From NCBI RefSeq assembly GCF_009914755.1, contig NC_060943.1: DNA of 64,000 nt. One strand, given 5' to 3'. Made by a program: the position numbers and the translations under genes. The notes under the pieces are model-generated. The model saw only the letters and a program-made list of their open reading frames with translations, made no database searches and was not told the DNA's origin. Below are positions 1 to 49,826 of this stretch, piece by piece. The DNA comes from the human T2T-CHM13v2.0 reference genome, Homo sapiens. Within the stretch, counting starts at the first letter, position 1; each line of letters starts with the position of its first letter.

Positions 1-88
1 GATCAGGTGAATTCAATGGGTAGAATTGCTGTTCTCAAACGTTAGTGCACATCAGTCACCAGGAAGGCTTGTTAAAACACAGACTGCC

Positions 89-922
<834 letters not shown>

Positions 923-1404
923 TGATATATATAGTGTATGCAGTAACAGGTATTCTATTTGTAGTTGTTAGGATGTTTAAGGTTAGCTGATTTAACAAAC
1001 AACCGTAAAATCTTAGTAGCTTAATACAACAGGTTGTTACTTACATAAAGTCCAAAATGCTTTATGTAAGTCCAAGGATAATTCTCAGCTTCCTGCAGCC
1101 AGTGAGTGAAGGGAGAAAGAGTAAGGATTATGGAGGACATTTCAGGCTGAGTCTAGAAATGGGCTGTGTCCCTTCTGCACCCATTCCATTGGCCCAAGAC
1201 CAGTCACATGGCCTCAACTTCACTGCAAGGAGACCTGGGAAATGAAGTCCTCCTGTGTGCCTAGGAAAGAAGAAACCAAGTTGGTGAGCATCAAAGCTGC
1301 AGTGAGCCGTGATTGCACCACTGCACTCTGCCACCTACCCTTCGACTTCTGGTTAATCATGTACTCATCTCTGAGGAGGGATCAGTGGGTGGGAAGGAGG
1401 GATT

Positions 1405-2170
1405 GGTGTATTAGTCTCCTATGGCTGAAATAGCAAATTACCACAGACTTACTACTTAGAACAACAGAAATGTATTCTCACATGGTTCTGTAGGCCAGAA
1501 GTCCAAAATCAAGGTGTCACCAGGGCCACACTCCCTCCAGAGGCTCTGAGAGAAAATCAGTTCTTTGCATCTTCCATCTCCTGGTGGCTCCAGGAGTTCC
1601 TTGGCTTGTGGCTGTAGAACTCCAATTTCTGTGTCTACCATCACATGGTGCTCTCCTCTTCTGTGTCTTCTCCTCTGTGTGTTTCTTAGAAGGACACTTG
1701 TCAGCCGGGTGCGGTGGCTCACGCCTGTAATCCCAGAACTTTGGGAAGCTGAAGTGGGTGGATCACGAGGTCAGGAATTCAAGACCAGCCTGGCCAAGAT
1801 GGTGAAACCCCATCTCTACTAAAAATACTAAAATCAGCTGGGTGTGCTGGCAGGCGCCTGCCTGTAATCACATTTACTCGGGAGGCTGAGGCAGAGAATT
1901 GCTTGAACCTGGGAGGCGGAGGTTGCAGTGAGCCGAGATCACACCACAGCACTCCAGCCTGGGTGACAGAGCGAGGCTCTGTCTCAAAAACAAAAACAAA
2001 AAACAGACACTTGTCATCAGATTTAGGGGTCACACAGATAATGCAGTATCCTGAGATCCTGAATGTAATTATACCCGCAAAACCCTTTTTTCCAAATAAG
2101 GTCACCACAAGTTCTGGGGATTAGGACATAGACATATCTTTTTGGAGAACGCCATGCAACCCACTATAAT
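1405..2170. mobile_element. MLT1-type MaLR LTR interrupted by an Alu (1704-2003)
   Basis: aaattaccaca...acaacagaaatgtattctcac...gaagtccaaaatcaaggtgtc and ttccaaataaggtcac...caacccac hallmarks. Confidence 0.75.
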
Positions 2171-2388
2171 CAGCTATAATTATTTTTGTAGAAAATGATG
2201 GGAACCTGACTTAGGATGGTGGCCTTGGAAAGAAGTGGCTGGGTTTGCAATGTACTTTAATGGTAGAGCAGAGAGGCGTTGGTGGTGGTTAGAAACAGAA
2301 GCTGAGGGGCTGGGCGCAGTGGCTTACACCTGTAATGTCAGCACTTTGGGAGGCCAAGGCAGTTGGATCACTTGAGGTCAGGAGTTCA

Positions 2389-2678
<290 letters not shown>

Positions 2679-4799
2679 TCACTTGAGGTCAGGAGTTCGA
2701 GGTCAGCCTGGCCAACATGGTGAAACCCCGTCTCTACTAAAAATACAAAAATTAGCCGGGCGTAGTGGGTCATGCCTGTAATCCCAGCTACTTGGGAGAA
2801 TGAGGCAGGAGAATCGCTTGAACCCAGGAGGCGGAGGTTGCAGTGAGCTGATTGCACCACTGTACTCCAGCCTGGGCGAAGAGTGAGACTCTGTCTCAAC
2901 AACCACCAAAAAAATAAAAGCTGAGGGATGAGGCAGGTGGTGACTCAGCGTTTGGATACAGAACTGTGTGGCTCAGGACTGGGTTTCAAAAAGACCCCTC
3001 TGGGGCTATGTGGGGGACAGACTGGAGGGAGAAACTAGAAGCCAGGGAGAAGCCTAAAGTCAGGGTCCAGGTAGGAGAGCAGGAGCCCAGAGCCTGCCTG
3101 AGCCCTCAGGACAGAGAAGAGGGGTGGAGTGGAGACTCAGCAGGCAGGAGGGATCTGGCTAAGAGACTGATGCGCTGTTGGGGAAGAGGGGACAAGATGG
3201 AGCTTTGACCTCATGACTAGATAGATGGTGGGGCTGCCTCAGATGAGGAAACCAGGTGAGAGAATTTGGGGACATCAGAGGAAACTGCAGAGGCCACTGG
3301 GTGTGCACCTGCAACCAGGCACTGCAGACCCAGATCTGACTGTCAGGATCCCAGGCTCAGTGCCTCCTCCTCTGGGGCCTCCGCTCCTCGGGCCCCACTG
3401 CAGAGGCAGGAAGTACTGCCTGATGCTCAGCTTCCGCTGGGGGTGTTGGCACGGCCCAGCGCCCTCCCCACTCCCAGGGACCTTCCCACCTCGAGCCTGT
3501 AGCACTTTCACTTCCCCAGGTACCCAGCCCCTGCCCCCAGCACCTGGGTTGCTCCCTGGTCCAGAACAGGCTGCAGACTCTGAGAGGCACAAAAACAAGT
3601 GGGGAAGGGGGAGACAGAGAAAAGAAGACAGGCTGGGCACAGTGGCTCACGCCCATAATCCCAGCACTTTAGGAGGCCAAGGCAGGAGGATCACTTGAGC
3701 CCAGAAATTTGAGACCAGCCTAGGCAACACAGTGAGACTCCCATCTCTACAAAAAATGAAGAAAATTAGCCAGGCATGGTGGTGTGCACCTGTAGTCCCA
3801 GCTACTTGGGAGGCTGAGGTGCAAGGATTGCTCGAGCCTGGGAAGGTTGGGGCTGCAGTGAGCTATGATCGCACTACTGCATTCCAGCCTGGGCGACCCT
3901 GTCTCAAAAACAAAAACAAAAGAGAGATGAAGAGAGAAAGGAGGAAGGACCCAAAGAAGGGGCCAGAAGCAGAGAGAGGCCAGGCACAGTGGCTCACGCC
4001 TGTAATCCCAACACTTTGGGAGGCCAAGGCAGGAGGGTCGCTTGAGTCCAGGAGTTCCAGACCAGCCTGGGCAACCTAGTGAGACCCTATCTCTGTTTTT
4101 TTTAATTAAATATAAAAAATACAACACTCCCACTCCATAGCAAGACCCCATTTCTACAAAAAATACAAAAATTAGCCAGGCATGGTAGTGTGCACCTGTA
4201 ATCCCAGCTACTCAGAAGGCAGAGGTGGGAGGATAGCTTGAGCCCAGGCTACAGTGAGCTGTTTTCCCCACCGTACTCCAGCCTGGGTGAAAAGTGAGAC
4301 CCTGTCTCAAAAAGAAACAAATATATAAATAAAATAAAGAAACACAGAGAGAGGGAGGATAGAGACCCCAGGAGGCAGGAGGACAGAGACCCAGAGGAGG
4401 GAGAGACTCTGCTGAGATAAGGGGACAGAGATGGGGAGTAGCAGGAAGGTGGGGACAAAGACCCAGAGAGGAGGAACAAGAGACCCAGGGCAGGAAATGG
4501 GAGACACAGCTGGATGCAGAGATGGGAGAGCTTAGCAGGCCATGAGGTCAGAGTGTCTGTGAGGTCAGCTGCTGTCCAGGGTCAGCCCTGAGGTCCCCAT
4601 GCCCAGAGGTGGGTTCCAGTAGATCAGGGGTCCCTTTAGATCCCCCAGCGCCTGAGACATGGAGACCTGGGAGGGACTGCCCCATGAGTCCTTGGTGCCC
4701 ACAAATTCCAAGGCCCCTCAGGTACCAGAGCATGTGTCCCAGTGGAGCAGGTGAGGGAGACAGGGACAGAGAGAGAGACAGAAAGCCACCTTACATGAA

Positions 4800-4968
4800 G
4801 CGGGAGTGGGTGGAGCCCCACCCCTGGAACTTCCTCTTTTGGGGTTCTTCCTTTCTCTCTCAGCTCTCCGTCTCTCTTTCTCTCTCAGCCTCTTTCTTTC
4901 TCCCTGTCTCCCCCACTGTCAGCACCTCTTCTGTGTGGTGAGTGGACCGCTTACCCCACTAGGTGAAG
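4800..4968 (+). promoter_or_regulatory. CD37: CD37 proximal promoter/5'UTR with PU.1 (ETS) site
   Basis: ACTTCCTCTTT at 4829-4839 (= AAAGAGGAAGT, PU.1 consensus), CACCC box, pyrimidine-rich TATA-less region. Confidence 0.65.
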
Positions 4969-9756
<4,788 letters not shown>

Positions 9757-10007
9757 GCCCCGCCCTCCCCAAAGTCCCGCCCCGCCCCCGTCACGTGCGC
9801 TGGGCACTTCCCTGCTGCCTGTAAATATTTGTTTAATCCCCAGTTCGCCTGGAGCCCTCCGCCTTCACATTCCCCTGGGGACCCACGTGGCTGCGTGCCC
9901 CTGCTGCTGTCACCTCTCCCACGGGACCTGGGGCTTTCGTCCACAGCTTCCTGTCCCCATCTGTCGGCCTACCACCACCCACAAGATTATTTTTCACCCA
10001 AACCTCA

Positions 10008-10013
10008 AATAAA
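10008..10013 (+). terminator. CD37: CD37 poly(A) signal
   Basis: AATAAA ~250 nt after the stop, followed by a T/G-rich stretch. Confidence 0.85.
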
Positions 10014-10038
10014 TCCCCTGCGTTTTTGGTAAAATAGC

Positions 10039-10044
10039 TTTATC
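10039..10044 (-). terminator. TEAD2: Probable TEAD2 poly(A) signal (variant GATAAA)
   Basis: tttatc on + strand at the distal end of the TEAD2 3'UTR; I saw no canonical AATAAA on the - strand between the stop codon and here. Confidence 0.5.
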
Positions 10045-10752
10045 CTCTGTCAGAACACAAACAAACAAACTTTGAGAGGGGAGGAAGGAAACCGTCTAGC
10101 TCAGGGCTCACTTAGGAGAGGGATGAGATTAGAAAGTTCAACACACTGCTTGTGCAGCGGAGATAAAGTCAAGACCCTAGCACCCACTTATAAATATCTC
10201 GTTATATTAAAAAAAAAAAAAAATGTCCAGGGCCCACCTGGCTCTGCTCCTGCACAGAAAGGGTTCATCTTCACTTTGTGATCTCACAGGTCATGGAGTG
10301 AGGGTGGTAGAGAGGGGCAGAAATTTCAGGGGGAGGGGTGGCTGGGAAAAAGTAAAGGGGACAAGCCAATGTGTAACTAGCGCTCTCCAAGACATGCAGA
10401 GGAGTGGGGGTGGCCTGTCAGGGGCTGAAAAGAAAAGCCAGTGCTGTACCTGGGGGGTTGTCTCACTCCTGTCCCCACAATCCCTGATACTCCGGAGTGA
10501 TCTGTCCTTTCAGACACCCACTGTGAGGTCCCAATATCGGGGTTTATCCTTTCCTCAGTCCCAGCCTGTTCAGCTCTCCAACCAAGTTTTGGGGGCCCCT
10601 CTAATGGGGGGGATGGCCCCAGTTGCTTAGGCCTCTGAGGTCAACCCCTTTACATCACAGCCCTCTCCCCAAATAAGAAGCATGAGGTGAGCTGGAGGAC
10701 CCTCCCTGGGAGGAGGGTGTTCTGGGGGGTGAGCCAGTTTTGGGGTCCCCCT

Positions 10753-29506
<18,754 letters not shown>

Positions 29507-29574
29507 CTGGGCCTGGAGGAACACAGAACTCAGCAAGCTTCCCCCAAACCCCACCCTCAAGGGACTTGAAGCTG

Positions 29575-29880
29575 AGAGGGCTGGGACTCTGGACCACTGG
29601 GTCTGAGGGAGGAGGGGCTGGGGACCTGGACTCCTGGGTCTGAGGGAAGAGGAGCTGGGGGGTATTCCTGGGTCTGAGGGAGGAGGATCTGGGGCCTGAA
29701 CTCCTGAGTCTGAGGGAGGAGGGGCTGGGGCCCGGACTCCTAGGACTGAGGGAGGAGGATCTGGGGCCTGGACTCCTGGGTCTGAGGGAGCGGGGGCTGG
29801 AGGCCTGGACTCCTGGGTGTGAGGGAGAAGGGGCTGGGGTCTGGACTCCTGAGTCTGAGGGAGGAGAAGGAGCTGGATTT
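29575..29880. repeat. MSR1-type 36-37 bp minisatellite (chr19q13-enriched)
   Basis: About 8 units of ggactcctgggtctgagggaggaggggctggggcct; degenerate copies also at ~32040-32255. Confidence 0.85.
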
Positions 29881-30149
29881 CTCGGAAAGCTGAGGATGGG
29901 AGTGTTCTCAGAGTTTCCAGAGGAACTCAATTGTGATGAAGTCACAATGATTACCCTAGAGTAATGCCGAGGGCCATGAAGGCTAAAGGTTCGGGTATGA
30001 ATTACGGGTTTTAAAGAAGACAGGAGGCAAAAGTTAGTGGTGGGGAAGGAAGGTGTGGGTGAAACTTCCCCTGTCCCACCCCAAGAACAGGTGGTAAGAT
30101 GTGAGCAGCAGCTGCCAGAAAAGAAGAGGGGCCAAGCAAGACTGAGGGG

Positions 30150-30880
30150 AGGTCTAGAGAGAGGGGGACAGAGACCCAGAGAGGGAGGGGGACAGAGACC
30201 CAGAGAGGGGATGGGGACAGAGACCAGCAAGGGGGGGGGGACAGAGACCCAGAGAGAGAAGGGGACAGAGACCAGAGAGAGAGGGGGACAGAGACCAGTG
30301 AGGTGGGGATAGAGACCCAGAGACAGAGGGGGACAGAGACCAGAGAGAGAAGGGGACAGAGACCCAGTGAAGGGGGGGACAGAGACCAGTGACGGAGGGG
30401 ACAGAGACCCAGAGAGAGAGGGGGACAGAGACCAGAGGGAGGGGGGGACAGAGACCAGAGGGAGGGGGGGACAGAGACCAGAGAGGGGGACAGAGACCCA
30501 GAGAGAGGGACAGAGACCCAAAAAGAGAGGGAGACAGAGACCCAGGGAGAGGGGGAGACAGAGACCAGAAAGAGGGGGACAGAGACCGGGGGGGGGGGAC
30601 AGGGACCAGAGAGAGGGGTCCAGAGGCCCAGAGAGGGAGACAGAGACCCAGAGAGAGAGGGGAACAGAGACCCAGAGAGAGAGGGTGACAGAGACCCAGA
30701 GAGAGGGGGACAGAGACCCAGAGAGAGAGGGACAGAGACCCAGAGAGAGAGGGGACCAGAGACCCAGAGAGAGGGGGACACAGACTCAGAGAGAGGGGGA
30801 CAGAGGCTCAGAGAGAGGGCAACAGAGACCCAGAGAAAGGGAGACGGAGACCTAGAAAGGGCAGGGACAGAGACTCAGGG
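30150..30880 (+). repeat. GA-rich ~20-24 bp minisatellite (GGGGACAGAGACCCAGAGAGA)n
   Basis: Direct inspection; roughly 30 units. Confidence 0.9.
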
Positions 30881-31499
30881 CAGCAGCTGAGGCCGAGACC
30901 AGGAGAGACCCACAGAACCACAAGCTGGGGGACAGGGGCGCCCTGCCATCAGAAGAGCCAGAACAAAGGGCCCAGGCGTCCCCTCCCCCAGCTTCCCACA
31001 ACCCCCATCAGGGGAGGGGCTTGCCGGCCAGGGCGACTCCCCTCCGGCACCGGGCCCCGCCCCTCCCCTCCCCCGTGCGCCGTGGGCTCTGATCCAACTC
31101 AAGTTCCCAGTGACTTTCCGGAGGCCGGGAACAGGGAAAACTTTTTCCAATACAGTCAGATCCCGCCTCCCCGGAGGCTCCATGTCCTCCACAGCTTTCC
31201 CAGGACCCCAGAGTCCAGGCCCCTATTCCCCTCCTCCCGCCGACCATAGCAGACAAAGACCCCAGCCAAGCCCAGTGGCGCTGCGGCGTTCAGGACCCCC
31301 GTAGGCCAAAATCCCAGCCCAGCCCTTCCCCATGTGGCCAGACAAAGGGACGGTGGAGCCGGGTAAGAAAGGTCCCCCTAATTTCCCGCCCCAGACCCTA
31401 AACCTCCAAAGAGGCAAGACTTAAGATCCAGAAAGCCCCGTAACCTCCCCTCGGCCACCCCAGAGGCCCTCCCTTCTCCGTAAGAAGGACCAAATGCCC

Positions 31500-33454
31500 C
31501 CCAGATTACACAAGGGGTCCTTCTCACTCCAAAGTGACACCGCCGCAGACGCACGCCCCACACCCCGCCAGCGCCCTTGGCCCGCACCCGCTCCTGCGCG
31601 CACGCCCAAACTCAGACCCAGCCGCAGGCACCCTAACTCCGGCCAGAGTTCCCACTCCTCACTGAGGCTCGGTCACGGGAGCAAATTCGGGCCCCCGGGC
31701 AAAAAGAGGGCTGCGAACCATTCAGAGACGGTCCCGCAAACGCACGCCTCACCTCCTAAGAAGCAACTCCCCACCCCAACTCACACACCCCAAAGCAGGA
31801 TCCCCGACTCCCGCCGGCGCCTTCCTACCTCCCGGCCTGGGGCTGGGGAGCCGCGGGCGGGCGGGGCGCTGCGAGGGAGAAAGTTGCCGGGAGCTTTGTT
31901 TGGGAAAAGTGGGAGGGACCGGAGGGGGGGGCGGGCCCGGCCGGCGGACAGCGGGAAGGGGGATCCGACGGTGACAGTTTGGGGAAGGATTTTTGCTTTG
32001 GGAGAGATTAGTCTATCTCGGGGCTGGTAGGAACTCAGGATTTGGGTGCTTGGGAAAGGAGGGGGATTGGGGGTTCGGACTCCAAGTCGGAGGGAAAAGG
32101 CTGATAGGAGCCAGAAACCCCTGATCTGAGGGAGGAGAGGCTGGGGGCTGGGACTCCTGGGTCTGGGGGCTGGGACTCCTGGGTCTGGGAGAGGAAGCGG
32201 CTGGAGAGAGATATGGGCTCCTAGGTCTGAGAGGGGACGGGGCTAGGCGCCTGGAATCCCGGCTACCCTCGTGTTTGTGTATTGGGGGTGCGGAAGTGAT
32301 ACGAATACAAAGAGTCTTTACTGTTAAGCCCTGAGGTTTTTTTTCTTTTTTTCTGTTTGGTTTTTGGTTTTTTTGTTTTTTGTTTTTTTTGTTTTTTTTT
32401 TTTTTTGAGGATTGGGGTCTGGGGATGGGTTTTGACTGATTCCTATGACGACCTGGTTTCCTTGTGACCTCACCACAGTTAAGAGTCGTGGGCAGGACCA
32501 CCGGGAGTTTATTGGAGGCCCACGTAGGTGCAGATTCCTCATCTACAGGCGCTAGTGGACTGGAGACGGCTGGCGGCTGTCCCGGGACGGGGAAGAGAGC
32601 TTTGGTGCCTGAGGGAAGATGGCTTAGGGCCCGGTCCCTTAAGGGTGAAAGGCTGCGTGTTCAAAATTACGGGACTAGAGGGGGCTGGAGTCCGGACCTG
32701 AGGTCCTCAGGGAAAAGGAAGTCTGATTCTGGGTTCCTTGGAAGATGAAATATAAGACTGGATTTAGGGTTTCCGGAGACAACGGGACTTTTTAGTGGAG
32801 CGGGAGCGGGAAAACCAGAAGGGACACGGAGAAAAGGTTCCGAAACAGATACACAATTAGAGTGAGAGCTAAAAGGGATGCTTGTACTCCGGTGTCTCCA
32901 GTAGGAGGAGCCTAGGACTGGAACTTGGGGTGATGAGGGCAAGATCTGGGACGCAGGGGCGTGGTCCAGTGCAGGGGCGTGGCCCAGTGCAGGGGCGTGG
33001 CTTTCAGCCAAGGGGCGTGGCCATTGCGATTGGGCGGGACTCCGAAACGAGGGCCGCAATCAGAGAACACCGCCAGGACTTCCAGGACTTGGTCTCCAGG
33101 ACTGAGGTCAACTGACGGGGGCGTGGTCTGACTGTGTGGGCGTGGCCAGGGAATGAACTCACGGCTCTGGCTTAAGGGGTGTGGTGAACGAAGGATGGGG
33201 CGTGGCTCTGTCACGAAGGGCGTGGTCATGGAGTAGAGGCCCGGGCTCCTGGGTGAGGCCGGCAAGTTTGGAGCGTGGTCAGACAATAGGGGCGTGGCTA
33301 CGGCTCGCGGAGCGCAACCAACGCTCTAGACCAGACCTGGGCTCGAGACCATAACTGTTTGGCTTTAACAGTACGTGGGCGGCCGGAATCCGGGAGTCCG
33401 GTGACCCGGGCTGTGGTCTAGCATAAAGGCGGAGCCCAGAAGAAGGGGCGGGGT
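31500..33454. promoter_or_regulatory. Divergent TEAD2/DKKL1 promoter region with CpG-rich segments
   Basis: Head-to-head genes ~1.5 kb apart; CpG-rich; many GC boxes; TATA-like CATAAA at 33422-33427. Confidence 0.8.
31829..31915 (-). other. TEAD2: TEAD2 non-coding first exon (5' end approximate)
   Basis: GAG|GTAGGA donor at 31828 inside a CpG island; GC boxes upstream. Confidence 0.65.
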
Positions 33455-44483
<11,029 letters not shown>

Positions 44484-44547
44484 GGGTGGGGACCGGGGAG
44501 CACCTGCCTGTAGCCCCCATCAGACCCTGCCCCAAGCACCATATGGA

Positions 44548-44553
44548 AATAAA
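44548..44553 (+). terminator. DKKL1: DKKL1 poly(A) signal
   Basis: AATAAA 65 nt after the stop. Confidence 0.88.
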
Positions 44554-46150
44554 GTTCTTTCTTACATCTAACAACACCATCTCCTTTCACTATTTATCCC
44601 CAACCGCCTGCCAACCAGGCCATGGCAAAGGCCCCCAGTCCCAGCTCTGAGCATGAGAGCTGGCTGTGCTAGCTCTTGCCTAAGTCTCCCAGGCTTGGTT
44701 TTCTCATTCAGGCATTGTCTGTGCTGTAGCCCCATCTGTCCACTCAGCACCCAACCCTGTCACCTCCAGCCCTGTCTGCACTCCCAACTCTCAGCTATTT
44801 TTTTTTGCTTTTTTTTTTTTTTTGAGAACAGGGTCCCACTCTGTTACCCAGGCTGGAGTGCAGTGGCACAATCACAGCTCACTGCAGCCTTGACCTCCCA
44901 GGCTCAGGTGATCCTCTCACCTCAGCCTCCCCAGTAGCTGGGACCACAGGTGTGCGCCACCACACCCAGCTAATTGTTGTATTATTTAACATAGGGATCT
45001 CCCTGTGTTGCTCAGGGTGGTCTTGAACTCCTGGGCTCAAGCGATCCTCCCACCTCAGCCTCTCAAAGTGCTGGGATTACAGGCTTGAGCCACTGTGCCC
45101 GGCCCCCAACTCTTTCACTCCAGTCCTCTCTACTTGGCCCCCGTACTGTTACTGCCATAAAAATGGGCACAAACTTGGCAACTTAAAACAACACAAATGC
45201 ATTATTTCACATATCATCCTGGTCAGAAATCCAGGATGGCTCCGCTGGCCCTCAGCTCTGGGTTTCACAGGGTGTCAGCCACCCGAGCTCTCATTGGGAG
45301 GCTCTGGGAAGAAGCTGCTTTCAAGCTCATTCAGATTTTAAGCAGAATCGAGTTCCTGGGCTTGTGGGACTGAGGTCCCCACGTTCTTGCTGGCTGTCAG
45401 CTGGGGGCCACCCATGCTTCCACGCTTAGCTCCAAGAGGCCTCTCTCCAGTTACTGCAGGTGGACCTGACATCCCAGAGCCACAGCCCAGTATCATGGCG
45501 GGACTCTGACTTCCCCTTGTGTCCCATCTCTGGTATGCCTTCCTCTTCTGGCAGAGACAGTCCTCTGCTTTGAAGGGCTCATGTGATTGGACTGGACCTA
45601 CCGGGACAACATATTTACAGTTTTCAGGAATTATGGGGTGATCATCTTTGGGGGACCACTATCCAGCCCCACTCAGGTCCTTCCCATGTCATCTCCAGCC
45701 TCGACTCTGTGGTGTCCACACCCACCTATCCTTGTCTTCATCTTCTCATTCTCTCACTACCCCCTGACGGAGAGACTCCATCTCCAACTTGCTATTTCTC
45801 TCTCTTTGTCCCTCTATCTGACCCTCCCTGCTCACCACCTCAAACTCCCTCACTTCCAGGCCTGATGCCACGTCCAAACTTGGAAGCTCACAGAGCTTGC
45901 CTGTGGTGGTCTGTCCACTTTGTCCTTCCTCAGAGCATTTCCTGTCCCCTCTGAGAATCCTCCGTCATGACCCATCAAGGAGAAAGCTGATCTGATCCTC
46001 CCCAGTGCTGAGTCCCATCTAGGACCCGGACACGGCATGTACTCTCTCCCTTGAAGCCCAAGCTGAGCGCTGGATCACCCCATAGACTCACACACTCAGG
46101 AACCCAACAGTGAGTACAATGAATACAAGTCAACTTTTTTTTTTTTTTGA

Positions 46151-46525
<375 letters not shown>

Positions 46526-46854
46526 TGAGACAGAGTCTCACACTCTGTCGCCCAGGCTGGATGGAGTGCAGTGGCGTGATCTCCACCTTCCAAGTTCAAG
46601 AGATTCTTCTGTCTCAGCCTCCCAAGTAGCTGGGACTACATGCACGCGCTGTCATGCCTGGCTAATTTTTGTATTTTTTAGTAGCGACAGGGTTTCACCA
46701 TATTGGCCAGGCTGGTCTTGAACTCCTAACCTCGTGATCCACCCACCTCGGCCTCCCAAAGTGCTGGGATGACAGGCGTGAGCCACTGCACCCGGCCCAC
46801 ATTGGCTTTTATTTGCAATTCTAGAATAGGGCAGTACCTCATTCTATAAAGTAA

Positions 46855-47058
<204 letters not shown>

Positions 47059-47386
47059 TGACCTCAAGTGATCCGCCTACCTCAGCCTCCCAAAGTTCTG
47101 GGATTACAGGCGTGAGCCACCGCACCCAGCTAATTTTTGTATTTTTAGTAGTGACAGGGTTTCATCATGTTGGGCAGGCTGGTCTCAAACTCCTGACCTC
47201 AAGTGATGCACCCACCTCAGCCTCCCAAAGTGCTGGGATTACAGGCGTGAGCTACTGTGCCCGGCCAGGGATTACATTTCTTTTTTTTTTTTTTTAATTT
47301 TTTATTACAGAACAATTATTATCTGTCATCAAACTATCCTTTCAGATTCATTTTGAATACCTCCTTTCTTTTTTATTTTTCTTTGA

Positions 47387-47491
<105 letters not shown>

Positions 47492-47784
47492 TGACTCACT
47501 GGGACTACAGGTGCCTGCCACCATGCCCGGCTAATTTTTTGTATTTTTAGTAGAGACAAGGTTTCACCATGTTAGCCAGGATGGTCTCCATCTCCTGATC
47601 TCGTGATCCGCCCACCTCGGCCTCCCAAAGTGCTGGGATTACAGGCATGAACCACCGTGCCCGGCCTCAATTGGTCATTTCAAAGTTACTTTACTTGTGG
47701 CCAGGTGTGGTGGCTCACGCCTGTACCCCAGCACTTTAGAAGGCTGACGCAGGTGGATCACCTGAGGTCAGGTGTTCAAGACTA

Positions 47785-48007
<223 letters not shown>

Positions 48008-48497
48008 TTACTTTACTTGTAAAGGTTAAAACAGAGGGGACTTCCTCATCATGCTAGCTAGAAGATGTGGCTATTATCTCTCTCTCCTGTCTCCCCTAAA
48101 TTCTCAGAGGTCATATAACTTAGTTTCAGCTTGCTGACATGGAACTGTAACATGAGTGACTCCACTGGTCTCTTGGGCCTAGTGCAGGAGCTCGGTCCAA
48201 ACCAATGGCTTCCTGTAAAATTTATTTAACAAGGCAAATCTACAGAGACAGAAAGCAGATTCATGGTTATGTGGGGCTTCACGGAAAGGAAGGTTGAGTT
48301 AGGAATAATGGCTAAGAGATGTAGGGCTTTGTTTTGGAGTGATGAAAATGTTCTAAAATTAATTGTGATGATTGTAGAACTCTGTGAGTACACTGAAAAC
48401 CACTGAATTATACACTTTAAATGGGTAAATTATGTGGTGTGTGGATGATAACTCAATAAAGCTGTTAAAACAATTAGTTAATTAATAATTCTATTAA

Positions 48498-49050
48498 ACA
48501 GTTTACCCTGAACAACTCAGGGCTTAGGGGACTAACCCCCTGTGAGGTAAAAAATCTGAAGATCAATTTTGACTCCCCAAAAACTTAATGACTAATAGCA
48601 TGCTATTGACCAGAAGCTTTACATAAACAGTAGATGAACACATATATTTTATGATATATGTTTTTGGGGATTTTTTTTTTTTTTTTTGATACAGGATCTT
48701 GCCCTGTCACCCAGGGTGGAGTGCAGTGGCACAATCATAGCTCACTCCAGGCTCGACCCCCCTGGTTCAAGCGATCCCCCCTCCTCAGCCTCCCAGGTAG
48801 GCAGGACCACAGATAAGGCTCTCACAACCACACCTGGCTAATTTTTGTATTTTTAGTAGAGATGAGGGTTTCACCATGTTACCCAGGGGTGTCTCCAATT
48901 CCTAGGCTCAAGCGATCAGCCCACCTTGGCCTCCCAAAGTTCTGGGTTTACAGGCGTGAGCCACCATGCCTGGCTGTGTTATATGTATTATATACTATAT
49001 TCAAACAATAAAGTGAGCTAGAGAAAAGAAAATGTTATTAAGGAAATCAG
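48498..49050. mobile_element. Tigger2/MER8-like TcMar DNA transposon fragment, split by an Alu
   Basis: cagtt.accct.gaacaac...tttgactccccaaaaacttaa...aaagtgagctagagaaaagaaaatgttattaag. Confidence 0.65.
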
Positions 49051-49601
49051 AGGAAGTTAGGAGAGGGTTAAAAAAAATAAAATCGCCGGGCACGGTGGCT
49101 CATGCCTGTAACCCCAGCACTTTTAGAGGCTGAGGCGGGAGGACCACCTGAGGTCAGGACTTTGAGACCAGCCTGACCAACATAGTGAAACCCCATCTCC
49201 ACTAAAAATACAAAAGTTAGCTGGGCATGGTGGTGCATGCCTGTAATCCCAGCTACGTGGGATTGTTCAAGGATGAACTGTATAAGTCACAATGGATCTG
49301 CTTCTCTGAGCAAACCCTAAAGGATAAAGCATTATTCAGCTTGTTGCAGTCTGCCAATCTAAAAAGGGTAGTTTCCTGTTGCTTTAATTGGAATGTTTCT
49401 GGTTACTGATCTTTTGAGCTCCTTATCACATATTTGTTAGTTTTTTGGATTTCCCCTTCTGTAAATTGCCTGCTTTTCTGTAAATTCTTGGTCATTTTTT
49501 TCTGTTGGGTTGTTATCTTTTTCTTTTTGATTTGTAGGAGTTCCTTCAATCACCTACCTTTTAATCCCTTGTCAATTTTATTTTTTTATTTTATTTATTA
49601 A

Positions 49602-49826
<225 letters not shown>

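Noticed and set aside
4938-4962. GT...AG 25-nt mini-intron before the CD37 ATG
   Set aside because: Far below the minimum spliceosomal intron length; the donor is more plausibly joined to exon 2.
10206-10223. ATTAAA followed by an A-run as a retro-insertion tail or second CD37 3' end
   Set aside because: Genomic A-run inside the TEAD2 3'UTR with no TSD; would cause internal-priming artefacts.
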